A DNA stretch of 64,000 bases from an uncultured Thermoplasmata archaeon (GTDB lineage: Archaea; Thermoplasmatota; Thermoplasmata; Lutacidiplasmatales; UBA184), in the NCBI GenBank assembly GCA_963696985.1, contig CAVOMG010000002.1:3681-67680 (forward strand). Direction: 5' to 3'. Below the pieces are notes generated by a model. It was not told the origin of the DNA, ran no database searches, and was given only the letters and a program-made list of their open reading frames with translations. A program made the translations under genes and the position numbers. This document shows positions 19,594 through 29,738 of this stretch, one piece after another (the stretch's first letter is position 1; every line of letters begins with the position of its first letter).

Positions 19594-20727
19594 ATGAAGT
19601 CCATCATTCAGGAAGCGATCGCGAAGCACAAGGAGAACGAGGCGCTGACCGAGGAAAAGAAGCCGACGACCACCCCATACTCGAGCGCCGACGATGCGGA
19701 GTTGGCGAAGCTCGCGGAGACCCTGAAGGTCAACATCCGGATCGTCGGTTGCGGTGGGGGCGGATCGAACACGATCAACCGCTGCGTCGAGGAAGGGATC
19801 CAGGGCGCCGAGATGTGCGCCATCAACACCGACGCGAAACACCTGTTGACCGTCCACGCCCCGAGGAAGATCCTCATCGGACGCCGGGCCACCAAGGGCC
19901 TCGGCGCCGGGGCCCGCCCCGAGATCGGGGAGGAAGCCGCCCGCGAGAACGAGGAGGAGCTGCGCGCCTTCCTCAACGGCGCTCACATCGTCTTTGTGAC
20001 GGCGGGCATGGGCGGAGGGACCGGGACCGGTTCGGCCCATCTCGTCGCGCGCCTCGCCAAGGAGGCCGGGGCCCTCACGATGGGCGTCGTCACCCTGCCG
20101 TTCTCCGGTGAGGGGGCGGCCCGCATGGAGCAGGCCCGCGATGGACTCGAGCGCCTGCGCCGCGTCTGCGACACGACCATCGTCATCCAGAACGACAAGC
20201 TCCTCGAGCTCGTCCCGCGCATGCCCCTCGACTCCGCGTTCAAACTCGCGGACGCGGTCCTCATGACGGGGATCAAGGGGATCACGGAGATCGTGACGCG
20301 CCCCGGGCTCGTCAACCTCGACTACGCCGACATCATGACCGTCATGAAGGACGGGGGGGTCGCGCTCATCGGCCTCGGCGAGAGCGAGAGCGCGACGGAC
20401 CGGGTGACCGAGGCGGTCACTGAGGCCCTGACCTCGCCGCTGCTCGGCAGCGTGGAACTCAAGGACGCCACCGGCGCCCTCGTCCGCGTGATCGGCGGTC
20501 CAACGATGACCGTCTCGGAGGCCGAGAAGGCCGCCGCCCTTGTCGGCGGGAAGATCTCCAAGCGCGCCCGGATCATCTGGGGATGCTCGGTCGAGAACAG
20601 CCCGGAGATGGAGAACACCATCAAGGTGCTCCTCATCATCACCGGGGTACGGGCCACGAGCCTCCTCGGACAGAAGGGAGGCTACGCCGCCGGTGAGTCC
20701 GAGGAAGTCATCGACCTCGTCCGCTGA
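19594..20727 (+). CDS. ftsZ: Cell division protein FtsZ
   Basis: VGCGGGGSN, tubulin signature AGMGGGTGTG, NLDYAD. Confidence 0.97.
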   Translation: MKSIIQEAIAKHKENEALTEEKKPTTTPYSSADDAELAKLAETLKVNIRIVGCGGGGSNTINRCVEEGIQGAEMCAINTDAKHLLTVHAPRKILIGRRATKGLGAGARPEIGEEAARENEEELRAFLNGAHIVFVTAGMGGGTGTGSAHLVARLAKEAGALTMGVVTLPFSGEGAARMEQARDGLERLRRVCDTTIVIQNDKLLELVPRMPLDSAFKLADAVLMTGIKGITEIVTRPGLVNLDYADIMTVMKDGGVALIGLGESESATDRVTEAVTEALTSPLLGSVELKDATGALVRVIGGPTMTVSEAEKAAALVGGKISKRARIIWGCSVENSPEMENTIKVLLIITGVRATSLLGQKGGYAAGESEEVIDLVR

Positions 20728-21052
20728 ACCCCTTTCGCGCCCCCGCTACCTCGGCGTCGAAGTAGTGGGGGAGCCTTTCGTTCCCCGGCCCTGGCTCGAG
20801 GAGACGCTCCGCCGTACCCTGTCGATCGCCCCGTCCCCCGCGGGCACCGCTGCGCGCCGACCCCGCATCATCCGGCTCGAGCGCTCGAAGGCCCTCGTCG
20901 AGGTCGGTCACCGTTGGGCCGGTGAGGCGCGCGCCGCTTGGAACGGGTCCGTGACCGGGCCGTCCGGTCTCCCGGTGGAGCTCGCCACGCGCCGGACCTG
21001 GGGGACGCTCAAGGACGGGAAGCTCTGGTTGCGTCGACCGCCCGGTCGATAG
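20693..21052 (+). CDS. Rpp14/Pop5-like RNase P protein
   Basis: RPRYLGVEV...ALVEV.H...ARAAW...TRRTWGTLK resembles Pop5; the GTG start overlaps the ftsZ end. Confidence 0.55.
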   Translation: MSPRKSSTSSAEPLSRPRYLGVEVVGEPFVPRPWLEETLRRTLSIAPSPAGTAARRPRIIRLERSKALVEVGHRWAGEARAAWNGSVTGPSGLPVELATRRTWGTLKDGKLWLRRPPGR

Positions 21053-21112
21053 AGCGGGCCGCGGGACGGGTCGGACGCAACCGCTACAAGGCGAACGGGA
21101 CCTGTCGACCCC

Positions 21113-21584
21113 ATGCCGCCTACCGCGAAGGAGCTCACGATCGGGCTCGTGCTGATCGTGGTGGGCCTCATCGCCGACATTGGCGCGAGTTACGCCCTCC
21201 CGGCGCCTCCGTCGTGCACGAGCCTCGCTTGCAACGTCGCGGAAGGGGTCGGCCTCGTGAGCCTCCTCCTCCTGATCCTGGGGATCGGGGTCCAGATCCG
21301 GGCCCTTTCGAGGATGCCATCGCCCGCCTCCGGCGGCCCGGCCCCTTCTCCGAGCGGGGCCCCGCTCCCGCCGTGGGCGGTCGCCTCCCCACCTCCGACC
21401 CCACCCCTCGCTCCCTCCGCGCCCTTCGGCGTCCCGGTCCGACCGTACAATGGGGTGACGCCGCCGGCCCGGGCGAGCGCCACCGGGCCCGAGGTCCAGT
21501 GCGGCCGCTGCCGGCGGACGTCACTCGGTCGGCCAGTTCGCCTACTGTCCGGCGTGCGGGAGCCCGCTCCCTTTTGCGCCCTGA
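21113..21584 (+). CDS. Membrane protein with a Pro-rich linker and C-terminal zinc ribbon (indel near 21525)
   Basis: Two TM segments, CGRC, then YCPACG in the shifted frame ending at TGA 21584. Confidence 0.6.
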
Positions 21585-21670
21585 CGGGAGACCGGGGCTT
21601 CCGGGCCCGACGGAGCCGTCCGTCGGAACGCTTATTTCGGTTCTCTGTTCGTTGGGCAGGGTAACGGATA

Positions 21671-23235
21671 GTGGGGATTCCGAGCGAGTCCTACCGCGCC
21701 ATCCGACGGGCGCTGTGTTCCGTTTTCGACCCGACGGGTCTTTCGGACTTCGTTCGACCACTCTCCAAGAGCGGCATCGAGATCATCGCCACCGAGGGGA
21801 CCCGACGCCACCTCGCCTCGGCGGGCATCGAGGCCCGGCCGGCCGAGGAGCTGACCGGGATCGGGGCCTGGTTCGACGGTCGCATCAAGACCCTGCATCC
21901 CGGCCTCCTCGGCGGGATCCTCGCGCCCCGGACCCGGCCGGGCTCGCGGAGCTCGACCGTCACGGCCTTCTGCCGATCGACCTCGTGGTCTCGAACCTCT
22001 ACCCGTTCGGGGAGCACGCCCACGACCCTTCCGGCGGAACGCCGCGGGAGGAGTTCATCGACGTCGGCGGGGTGACCCTGACGAGGGCGGCGGCGAAGAA
22101 CCACACTTGGGTCGCGGTCGCCTCCGACCCCTCCGATTATCCCGAGATCGCCGAGGAGCTCGGAGCGCACGGGGGGCTCTCGGACCCGTCCCGGCTTCGC
22201 CTCGCCCAGCGCGCGTTCGCTCGGACCTCCGACTACGACCGCACGATTGCCGGAGCTCTCTCGGACGGGACGACCGGGGCTCCCGGGTTCCCCCAACGGC
22301 TGGTGCTCGAGCGGGAGCCGTTCAAGCTGCGGTACGGCGAGAACCCGCACCAGGCGGCGGCCGCCTACCGCTTCGTCGGCGTCGGGGGGTCGGGCCTTCC
22401 GGTCCCCGAGACGCGGATCCGCAAGGGCGACGGCCTCTCCTACACGAACTTCCTCGACCTCGAGACCGCCCGCGCGATCGTCTCGGAGTTCCCGACCCCC
22501 ACGGCGGCGGTGGTCAAGCACACCACCCCCTGCGGCGTCGCGTCCGGGACGACGATCTCGGAGGCGATCGCCCGCGCCATCTCGACCGACCCCGTCGCCC
22601 GGTACGGATGCATCATCGCGGTGAACCGTCCGATCCTCGGCGACGATCCCGACGCCCTCAAGGGGGTCTTCGTCGACCTCCTCGGGGCGCCCGGGTTCGA
22701 CGCGGCGAGCCTCGAGCATCTCGAGCGCCGCCCGAAGCTCAAGGTCGTGGAGATCCCGGTGCGGGAGGCCGGGCGACCGTTCTGGGAGGCCCGGACCGCG
22801 CTCGGACGGCTGCTCGTGCAGGAGGCCGACCTCCGCGAGCTCGCCCCCGGCGACTTCCGGTCCGTGACCCGGGCCACGGCGACGCCCCACGAGGCGTGCG
22901 CCCTCGACTTCGCGTGGCGGGTCGTCCGTCACGCCCGTTCGAACGCGATCGTCCTCGCCCAGGGATCGGCGACCGTCGGGATCGGCTCCGGGCAGCCGAC
23001 CCGGGTCAAGGCCGTCGAGCTCGCGTGCGAGGTCGCCGGCGAGCGCGCGAAGGGATCGGTGCTCGCCTCGGACGCGCTGTTCCCGTTCCCGGACGGGATC
23101 GAGGTCGCCGGCGCCGCCGGGGTCAAGGCGATCCTCCAGCCCGGCGGGAGCCTGAGGGACGCCGAGGTGATCGCGGCCGCCGAGCGGTTCGGCATCGCGA
23201 TGTACTTCACCGGGTGGCGGGTCTTCCGGCACTAG
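21671..23235 (+). CDS. purH: Bifunctional AICAR transformylase/IMP cyclohydrolase (indel near 21935)
   Basis: RRALCSVFD, GRIKTLHP, IDVGGVTL.RAAAKN, LRYGENPHQ, SDALFPF, QPGGSLRD, RVFRH. Confidence 0.95.
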
Positions 23236-23269
23236 GGCGCCGGGGGGAGCCGACCGGAACGGTCGGTCT

Positions 23270-23611
23270 TCAGGCGAAGGCGAAGTGGCGCTTGAGGATC
23301 GTCCGGAACTCGGTCGGCCCGACGGGTCCGATCTCGCGCCCCTTCTCGCGACCGTGATCGAGGAAAAGGTAGGTCGGGATCGAGTGGATCCCGAAAGACC
23401 GGGTGACCCGGTCCGAATCGTCGACGTTGATCTTCGCGAACTTGATCTTCCCGCTGAGGCTCGCCGAAAGCTCGAGGAGAACCGGCTCGACCGTCTTACA
23501 GGGCGCGCACCAGTCCGCGTAGAAGTCGACGACCACCGGGAGGGCCGAGCGGATCACTTCGTGGTCGAAGGTCTCGTCCGTCACCAGGATCAGCCCGGAG
23601 GGTTCGGACAA
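23270..23611 (-). CDS. trxA: Thioredoxin
   Basis: VDFYADWCAPCK, SIPT. Confidence 0.9.
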   Translation of the reverse strand: MSEPSGLILVTDETFDHEVIRSALPVVVDFYADWCAPCKTVEPVLLELSASLSGKIKFAKINVDDSDRVTRSFGIHSIPTYLFLDHGREKGREIGPVGPTEFRTILKRHFAFA

Positions 23612-23673
23612 TTCGACCGCCGGCGGTTCGACCTCTCGGGGGGCTTTAATCCCTTCGGCGAATTGGAAACGAG

Positions 23674-24801
23674 ATGGGGCCGGAGCGGCGCCGGGGGCGC
23701 CGCCCCTCGACGCCCGGCCCGGAGTTCGGACGGGCCCTGCTCCGTTGGTTCGACGCGCATCGCCGGGACCTGCCTTGGCGACGCGACCGGGAGCCCTACC
23801 ATCGCTGGGTCGCCGAGGTGATCCTCCAACAGACTCGGGTCGACCAGGCGATCCCTCGGTACGAGCAGTTCATCCGCCGGTTCCCGGAGGTGCTCGCCCT
23901 CGCGCGGGCCTCGGAGAGCGAGGTGCTCAAGGCCTGGGAAGGCGCCGGCTACTACGCGCGTGCCCGCCACCTGCACGCCGCCGCTCGCCTCCTGACGAAG
24001 GCGGGGAGGCCCCGGTGGCCATCGGACCACGAGGGTTGGCAACGACTTCCGGGCGTCGGGCCGTACATCGCCGGCGCGCTCGCGAGCGAGGTCCTCGGGG
24101 AGGCCGTGGTCGCCCTCGACTCGAACGGCCGGCGAGTGGCCGCGCGGTGGACCCTCGAGCGGGGAGACGTTTCCCGACCGACGGTCGTTCGGCGCCTCGA
24201 GGCTCGCCTTCGACGGGCCCTGCCGGAAGACCGGGCCGGCGCGTTCAACGAGGCCGTCATGGAACTCGGAGAGACGGTCTGTCGGCCCCGGCGGCCGGCG
24301 TGTCCCGTCTGTCCGGTTGCTTCGAGCTGCCGGGCCTACCGGGAACTCGACGATCCCGGGTCGATCCCCGCGCCGCCCGTCCGACCTCGCCGTCCGCACG
24401 TCCGGGCGGCGATCGCCGCCGTCGTCCGAGGAGGAAAGTGGCTCGTCCACCGACGCCCGTCCACCGGGCTCCTCGGGGGCCTCTGGGAGCTCCCCGGCGG
24501 TAAGCTCGAAGCCGGTGAGAGCGCGGAAGCCGCGCTCCGCCGGGAGGTCCGGGAAGAGACCGGCCTTGAACTTGCCGACCTCGTTCGGAGCGGCCGTGTC
24601 CGGCACGGATACAGCCACTTCTCGGTGGATCTCGACGTCTTCCAGGGTCGGGCGTTCGGCCGGCTCCGGGCCTCGGACGACCCGGGCTCGTTCCGTTGGG
24701 TCACCCCGGCGGAGTTCGAGCGGCTGCCTCGCCCGCGGGCGACGGTCCGGGCCGCGCACTTGATCCGATCGGCGGGTCCGGGAGCAGCTTCCCGGGATTG
24801 A
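23674..24801 (+). CDS. mutY: A/G-specific adenine glycosylase with a C-terminal NUDIX domain
   Basis: RRDLPWR, EVILQQT, GYYARAR, LPGVGPY, Fe-S motif C..RRP.C..CPV...C, ELPGGK. Confidence 0.93.
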   Translation: MGPERRRGRRPSTPGPEFGRALLRWFDAHRRDLPWRRDREPYHRWVAEVILQQTRVDQAIPRYEQFIRRFPEVLALARASESEVLKAWEGAGYYARARHLHAAARLLTKAGRPRWPSDHEGWQRLPGVGPYIAGALASEVLGEAVVALDSNGRRVAARWTLERGDVSRPTVVRRLEARLRRALPEDRAGAFNEAVMELGETVCRPRRPACPVCPVASSCRAYRELDDPGSIPAPPVRPRRPHVRAAIAAVVRGGKWLVHRRPSTGLLGGLWELPGGKLEAGESAEAALRREVREETGLELADLVRSGRVRHGYSHFSVDLDVFQGRAFGRLRASDDPGSFRWVTPAEFERLPRPRATVRAAHLIRSAGPGAASRD

Positions 24802-26140
24802 GGATCCCCGCCGGGTCGCAGGCGGCCTTCACCGCCCGCAGCACTTCCACCATCGGGTCGCCGATCTCCCGGCCGAGGTAGGCGCGCTTGACCGAGCCGA
24901 TCCCATGCTCGCCGCTCGAAGAACCCCCGAGCCGCAGGGCCTCCTCGAGGAGGGCCGCCCGGGCCGCCTCGGCCCGGGGGGAGACCGGGTCGATCACCAG
25001 GTTCGGGTGCAGGTTCCCCTCCCCGAGGTGGCCGTAGACGAAGACCCTCGCGCCGGCCGACACGGCGATCCGCTCGATCGCCCGGCCCATTTCGTCGAGC
25101 CGATCGATCGGCACGCTGATGTCCTCCCGGACCCGGGCGCCGTAGCGCTCGTCGAGGATCGCGCCACTCTCGCCGCGCATCGTCCAGAGGTGGTCGGCGT
25201 CCGGGTAGACCGAAGGCTCGGAGGAGAGCCCGAGGGCCGCGAGCTCTTCCGACCACCGTTCGAGGCGACGGGCCTCCTCTTCCGCGTCCGCGCTCTCGAC
25301 CTCGGCGAGGACGAGGGCGGAGCCCGGCGAGATCCGGCTTCCGGGAACGGTCGAGAGTGCCGTGGCACAGCCTGCGTCGATGTATTCGAGCGCCGAGAGT
25401 CCGAGCTCCGAGCGATGGCCGAGGATCCCGCGGGCGATGCGGGCGAGCGATTCCCCCGCGGCGACCGGTATGGCGATCCCCAAGCGTCTTGCCGGGGCCG
25501 GGGCGAGCTGGAGTCTGATCGAGGTCACGATGCCCAGCGTCCCCTCGCTTCCCACGAGGAGACCGAGGAGGTCGGGACCGACCGAGCGCTTCGCGAGCGC
25601 GGTCCCGGCGCGGATCCGATCTCCGGAACCGAGCACCGCGTCGAGCTCGCGCACCCAGCGTCGCGTCGGGCCGTACTTGAGCGACCGCGGGCCGGAAGCA
25701 TTCGTCGAAACGTTCCCGCCGATGGTCGAGCTCCGCCACGACCCTGGATTCGGGGGGAAGAACCAGCCCGAGCCGCGCAGCCGCTCGGCCAAGCTCCGGT
25801 TCACGACCCCCGGACCTACCTCGACCGTCCCCTGCTCGGGATCGACGCGTCCGATCGACGTCCACCCCGAGAGGTCGACCACCACGGCCCCCTCCGGCGG
25901 GACCGACTCCCCGTTGAGCGAGGTGCCGCCGCCTCGCACCACGAGCGGGCGTCGCCGACCGCGGGCCCACCGTACGAGTATTTCGATGTCCTCGGGATCG
26001 ACCGGTCGGACCCGGGCCGACGGACGGCCCCGTCGCATCGAGGCGTCCGTAGAGACCGTCTCGAGCGCCTCGGGCGTGCTCGATCGCTCCCCTCGGAAGG
26101 CCGCCGGGAAGCCCTCCAGAGAATCGTCGGCGCCCGGCAT
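24701..26140 (-). CDS. FAD-binding oxidoreductase (GlcD/D-lactate dehydrogenase family)
   Basis: RGGGTSL.G, TIGGNVSTNASG, GSEGTLG, GHLGEGNLH, GEHGIG, DPAGILNPGK. Confidence 0.9.
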   Translation of the reverse strand: MPGADDSLEGFPAAFRGERSSTPEALETVSTDASMRRGRPSARVRPVDPEDIEILVRWARGRRRPLVVRGGGTSLNGESVPPEGAVVVDLSGWTSIGRVDPEQGTVEVGPGVVNRSLAERLRGSGWFFPPNPGSWRSSTIGGNVSTNASGPRSLKYGPTRRWVRELDAVLGSGDRIRAGTALAKRSVGPDLLGLLVGSEGTLGIVTSIRLQLAPAPARRLGIAIPVAAGESLARIARGILGHRSELGLSALEYIDAGCATALSTVPGSRISPGSALVLAEVESADAEEEARRLERWSEELAALGLSSEPSVYPDADHLWTMRGESGAILDERYGARVREDISVPIDRLDEMGRAIERIAVSAGARVFVYGHLGEGNLHPNLVIDPVSPRAEAARAALLEEALRLGGSSSGEHGIGSVKRAYLGREIGDPMVEVLRAVKAACDPAGILNPGKLLPDPPIGSSARPGPSPAGEAAARTPPG

Positions 26141-26378
26141 CGACCCCGTTAACGCCCGTCGCGCTTGAAACGCCCCGGACGGGGTCCGGGCCCCCGTTTT
26201 TCACCTTCCGGCCGACCCGGAACCTATATAGGTCGGCGAGGATTTCCTGTTTTTGGCCTCGGGCACTGGTCGGAATCGCTCGGGTGGCAGAGTCCACGGA
26301 CCCGGCAGGACCGACCGGTGCCTTCCCCTTCCGTTCGACCGACAGATTTTAGCTCGGAACCCGGCCCTCTCTCGAGCG

Positions 26379-27074
26379 ATGCCGTTCCTCTTCGGCCCCT
26401 CCCTCTCGGAGCGCTCGCAGGTCGTTCGGACCCTCCACGCCCTCGGACCCACGTCGGTAGAGGGACTCGCCGCCGCTCTCTCTTGGACGCCCAGGAAGAC
26501 CGAGCGCCTGGTGAGCACCCTCGCCCGGCGGTCAGAAGGCGGGGTGTGGTACTCCCCGGAGCGCCGTGAGGTCCGCATCGGCCCCCCCAATCTAGAAGCC
26601 CCGAGCCCCCCGGAAGCCCATGGGATGCCGCAAGCGACGGCGCCCACTCCACCACCTTCGCCGTCGACGCTCTCGTCCTCCTCCCCGGCGCTTCCCACCC
26701 GCGGCGCAGGCGTAGGGACGTGCCCGAAATGCACCGGTCCCATGGAAATGGTGGGTGACGGGGCCTCCCGGGTCTGTGTCCGGTGCGGTCACATTGGCTT
26801 GCTTCCCCGCGCGGTGGTTCCATCCGGTTCCACGAACGCTCCGCCTCCCGCCACCCTGCCCGGGCCGGGAGGGGACCGGAAGTCCCAAGAGATGCTCGCC
26901 GCGTACGTGACCTCCCGGCCGATCCCTTGCCCCCGATGCCGCTCCCCGCTCCGTCACGAAGGACTCGGAACGTTCCGATGCGGGGCCTGCGGGGAAGCCG
27001 TCCTGTTCCCGCCCTCGACCGCGTCGCCGGCTTCACCGCCCCTCCCGACGGTGACCGTCGGGCGCCCGCGCTGA
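26379..27074 (+). CDS. wHTH protein with two C4 zinc ribbons
   Basis: N-terminal HTH-like segment (SVEGLAAALSW); CPKC/CVRC and CPRC/CGAC pairs. Confidence 0.6.
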   Translation: MPFLFGPSLSERSQVVRTLHALGPTSVEGLAAALSWTPRKTERLVSTLARRSEGGVWYSPERREVRIGPPNLEAPSPPEAHGMPQATAPTPPPSPSTLSSSSPALPTRGAGVGTCPKCTGPMEMVGDGASRVCVRCGHIGLLPRAVVPSGSTNAPPPATLPGPGGDRKSQEMLAAYVTSRPIPCPRCRSPLRHEGLGTFRCGACGEAVLFPPSTASPASPPLPTVTVGRPR

Positions 27075-27102
27075 TCCGCCGGATGTTCGACCGCCGGGGC
27101 CC

Positions 27103-28629
27103 CTAGAACGGGACCTCGGAACGGACCTTCGCCACGAGGGAGCCGTCGGCGAGCCCGGAGCGGACCGCCTCGATGTCCGGGGAAGGGGGTCGGTCGTCGG
27201 AGCGCGCCGGGACGATCGTCCGGACCGCGCGGAGCGCGGCCTCGCTCCCCCGCCCGCCGCTCTTCGGCCGGCGGCGCTCGAGCGCTTCGGCCCCGATCAA
27301 CCATTCCACCGCCAGGACCGTCCGGGTGTTCTCGATCACCCGTCGGAGCTTGGCGCCGGCCCAGGGCCCGAGGCTGACGTAGTCCTCCTGGTCCGCGGAG
27401 GTCGGGAGGCTCGCGGTGCTCGCCGGATGGGTAAGGGTGAGGTTCTCGTTCACCAGCGCGGCGGCGAGGTACTGGGCGATCATCCAGCCGGAGGTGCGCC
27501 CCGGGTCCGGGGCCAGGAAGGCGGGGAGCCCGCGGCTGGTCGCCGGGTTGAGGAGCCGGGCGATCCGGCGCTCCGAGAAGCCGGCGAGGTACTGCGTCGC
27601 GATGGCGAGCGTGTCGAGGGCGAGGGCCAGCGTCTGGCCGTGGAAGTTCCCGCCGCTCAAGAACTCGTCCCCCTCGAAGACCACCGGATTGTCCGAGACG
27701 GCGTTCAGCTCCGCGTCGAGGATGCGCTGGGCGAAGTCGAGGCCGAGCCGCACCGCCGCGAGGACCTGGGGGAGGCAGCGCAGCGTGTAGGCGTCTTGGC
27801 CCTGGTACTCCGATCGGGGGGCGGCGAGCGTGCTCCCCTCAAGCAGCCCGCGGAGCGACGCCGCCATCGCCCGCTGCTCCGGCAGATTCCGGAGCTCGCC
27901 CAAACGGTCATCGAGGACCGCCGGGTCGCCGAGGAGGGCATCGAAGGAGAGACCGGCCGCCACGAGGGCCGCGTCGATGAGCGCTTCCACGTCCGCGACG
28001 GCGAGGGCGAGATAGCTCGTCATCAGGGAGGTCCCATTGAGGAGGGCCACCCCCTCCTTCTCCTGGAGTTCGAGGGGGGCGATCCCGTGTTCCGCGAGGA
28101 CCGCGGCGGCCGGTCGTCGTCCCCCGTCCGGACCGAGGAACTCCCCTTCCCCGATCAGCGCGAGCGCGAGGTGGGCGAGGGGCGCCAGGTCGCCCGAGGC
28201 GCCGACCGATCCCTGCCGAGGGACGAACGGCACCAACCGACGGTTGAGGAGCTCGACCAGGCGATCGACGACCTCGGGACGGACCCCGGAGTGGCCCCGG
28301 GCGAGGGAGTTCGCCCGCAGGAGGATCATCCCGAGAACGACTTCGGCGTCCAGGGGTTCCCCGGCGCCGCTCGCGTGGCTGCGGACGAGCGATCGCTGGA
28401 GCTCTCGCGCCTTGGCGGGGGGGACGATCTCCCGGGAGAGCGCTCCGAACCCGGTGGTGACGCCATAGATCGGGCGCCCCTGGGCGACGGCCCGCTCGAC
28501 CGAGCGGCGCGCCCCGGCGACCGCGGTCCGGGCCGCCGGATCGATCCCGACCGCGCACCGTCCACGCACGACCGCGAGGAAGTGGTCGAGGGTCAGGGAG
28601 CTCCCGTCGATCGGGAGGGATTCGGTCAC
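27103..28629 (-). CDS. hutH: Histidine ammonia-lyase
   Basis: YGVTTGFG, MIO motif GSVGASGDL, QDAYTLRC, SGGNFHG, QEDYVS. Confidence 0.95.
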   Translation of the reverse strand: MTESLPIDGSSLTLDHFLAVVRGRCAVGIDPAARTAVAGARRSVERAVAQGRPIYGVTTGFGALSREIVPPAKARELQRSLVRSHASGAGEPLDAEVVLGMILLRANSLARGHSGVRPEVVDRLVELLNRRLVPFVPRQGSVGASGDLAPLAHLALALIGEGEFLGPDGGRRPAAAVLAEHGIAPLELQEKEGVALLNGTSLMTSYLALAVADVEALIDAALVAAGLSFDALLGDPAVLDDRLGELRNLPEQRAMAASLRGLLEGSTLAAPRSEYQGQDAYTLRCLPQVLAAVRLGLDFAQRILDAELNAVSDNPVVFEGDEFLSGGNFHGQTLALALDTLAIATQYLAGFSERRIARLLNPATSRGLPAFLAPDPGRTSGWMIAQYLAAALVNENLTLTHPASTASLPTSADQEDYVSLGPWAGAKLRRVIENTRTVLAVEWLIGAEALERRRPKSGGRGSEAALRAVRTIVPARSDDRPPSPDIEAVRSGLADGSLVAKVRSEVPF

Positions 28630-28696
28630 CCGACCCCCCCCTTCACCCGGACCGTGGGCGCTGCGACCGTCCCCGCGCCGGCCGAGGGCCGATGGC

Positions 28697-29232
28697 TCAC
28701 GCCGCGGCGACGGGGTAGACGATCTCGCCGCCGGGCTTCTGCATCGAGGGCTGGCGTCGGGTCTTCGCGCCCTTGGTCTGCCAGAAGATCTCGGCGAACT
28801 CCTGCACGAGCTTGAGGAGCTCCTGGGCGTCGGCCATCGAGGTGCCCTGCCGGGTCTTCGAGGCCTGCTTCATGATCTTGAAGACCACCTCGTGGATCTG
28901 GGGGTTCGCCTTCAGGTGGTCCGGGGTGAAGTAATCGCCCCAGATCACCCGGACCTCGGCCTTCACGCGTTCGGAGTGCTGCTCCTTGACGGCCGTGTAG
29001 CGCGCGAGCTTGCTCACGTAGGTGGCGCGATCCTCGGCCTTCGCGTCCATCGCCGGCGCGGCGAGCTCGCCGATCAGTTGGTCCATCCGGACCACCGTGA
29101 GCGCGGCGATCTGGGCGTCATGCGGGTCATAAATCCCGCAGGGGATGTCGCAATGCGCGTAGACCGCGCGGGGGGGAGCACGGCGTCGAGCAGGCGTTCC
29201 ACGATTCCGGTCGATCCGTTCGAAGCGGCCAT
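28697..29232 (-). CDS. sodN: Nickel superoxide dismutase precursor (indel in the C-run near 29172)
   Basis: Ni-hook HCDIPCGIYDP follows a leader ending in VYA; IWGDYF, FAEIFWQTK. Confidence 0.92.
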
Positions 29233-29262
29233 GGCCGGGCGAGTCCGGCCGCTCGGATAAGG

Positions 29263-29712
29263 ATGCCGGAAGCGTCGAGCGCGCCGCCGACGGTGCGAGC
29301 CTCCGTGCGTCCGTTCTGGCGGTGGTGGTGGAGCCGGCGGGTCGAGGTTCGGGACGAGAGTATGCGGCCGACCCTACTCCCCGGGGACCGCCTCCGGGTG
29401 GACCGGAGGGCCTACCGGGAGCGACTCCCGGCCCCTGGGGAGCTTGTGGTCCTCATCGATCCGGTGGCGCCCGATCGCTGGCTCGTCAAGCGGGTCGCGT
29501 CGGTGGAACCGGGACCTTCAACGGGTCGGGATCGGTCCTTCGACCCTCCGGAGGCGGGCCCGGGAGAGAAGGGGGGGCCTCAGGTGTACGTCCTGGGGGA
29601 CGCTCCGGCACACGCCCGCGATAGCCGGACGTTCGGTCCGGTGCCCCTCTCCGCGCTCGTCGGCCGGGTCTACCGATGCTACGCCCCATCGGCGAGGCGC
29701 CGGGAGTTCTGA
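29263..29712 (+). CDS. sodX: Ni-SOD maturation protease (S26 family)
   Basis: SMRPTL.PGDRL, LVKRV, VLGD...ARDSRTFGPV; divergent from sodN. Confidence 0.85.
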   Translation: MPEASSAPPTVRASVRPFWRWWWSRRVEVRDESMRPTLLPGDRLRVDRRAYRERLPAPGELVVLIDPVAPDRWLVKRVASVEPGPSTGRDRSFDPPEAGPGEKGGPQVYVLGDAPAHARDSRTFGPVPLSALVGRVYRCYAPSARRREF

Positions 29713-29738
29713 GCCGGCGGGGCGCAATCCTTTAACCG

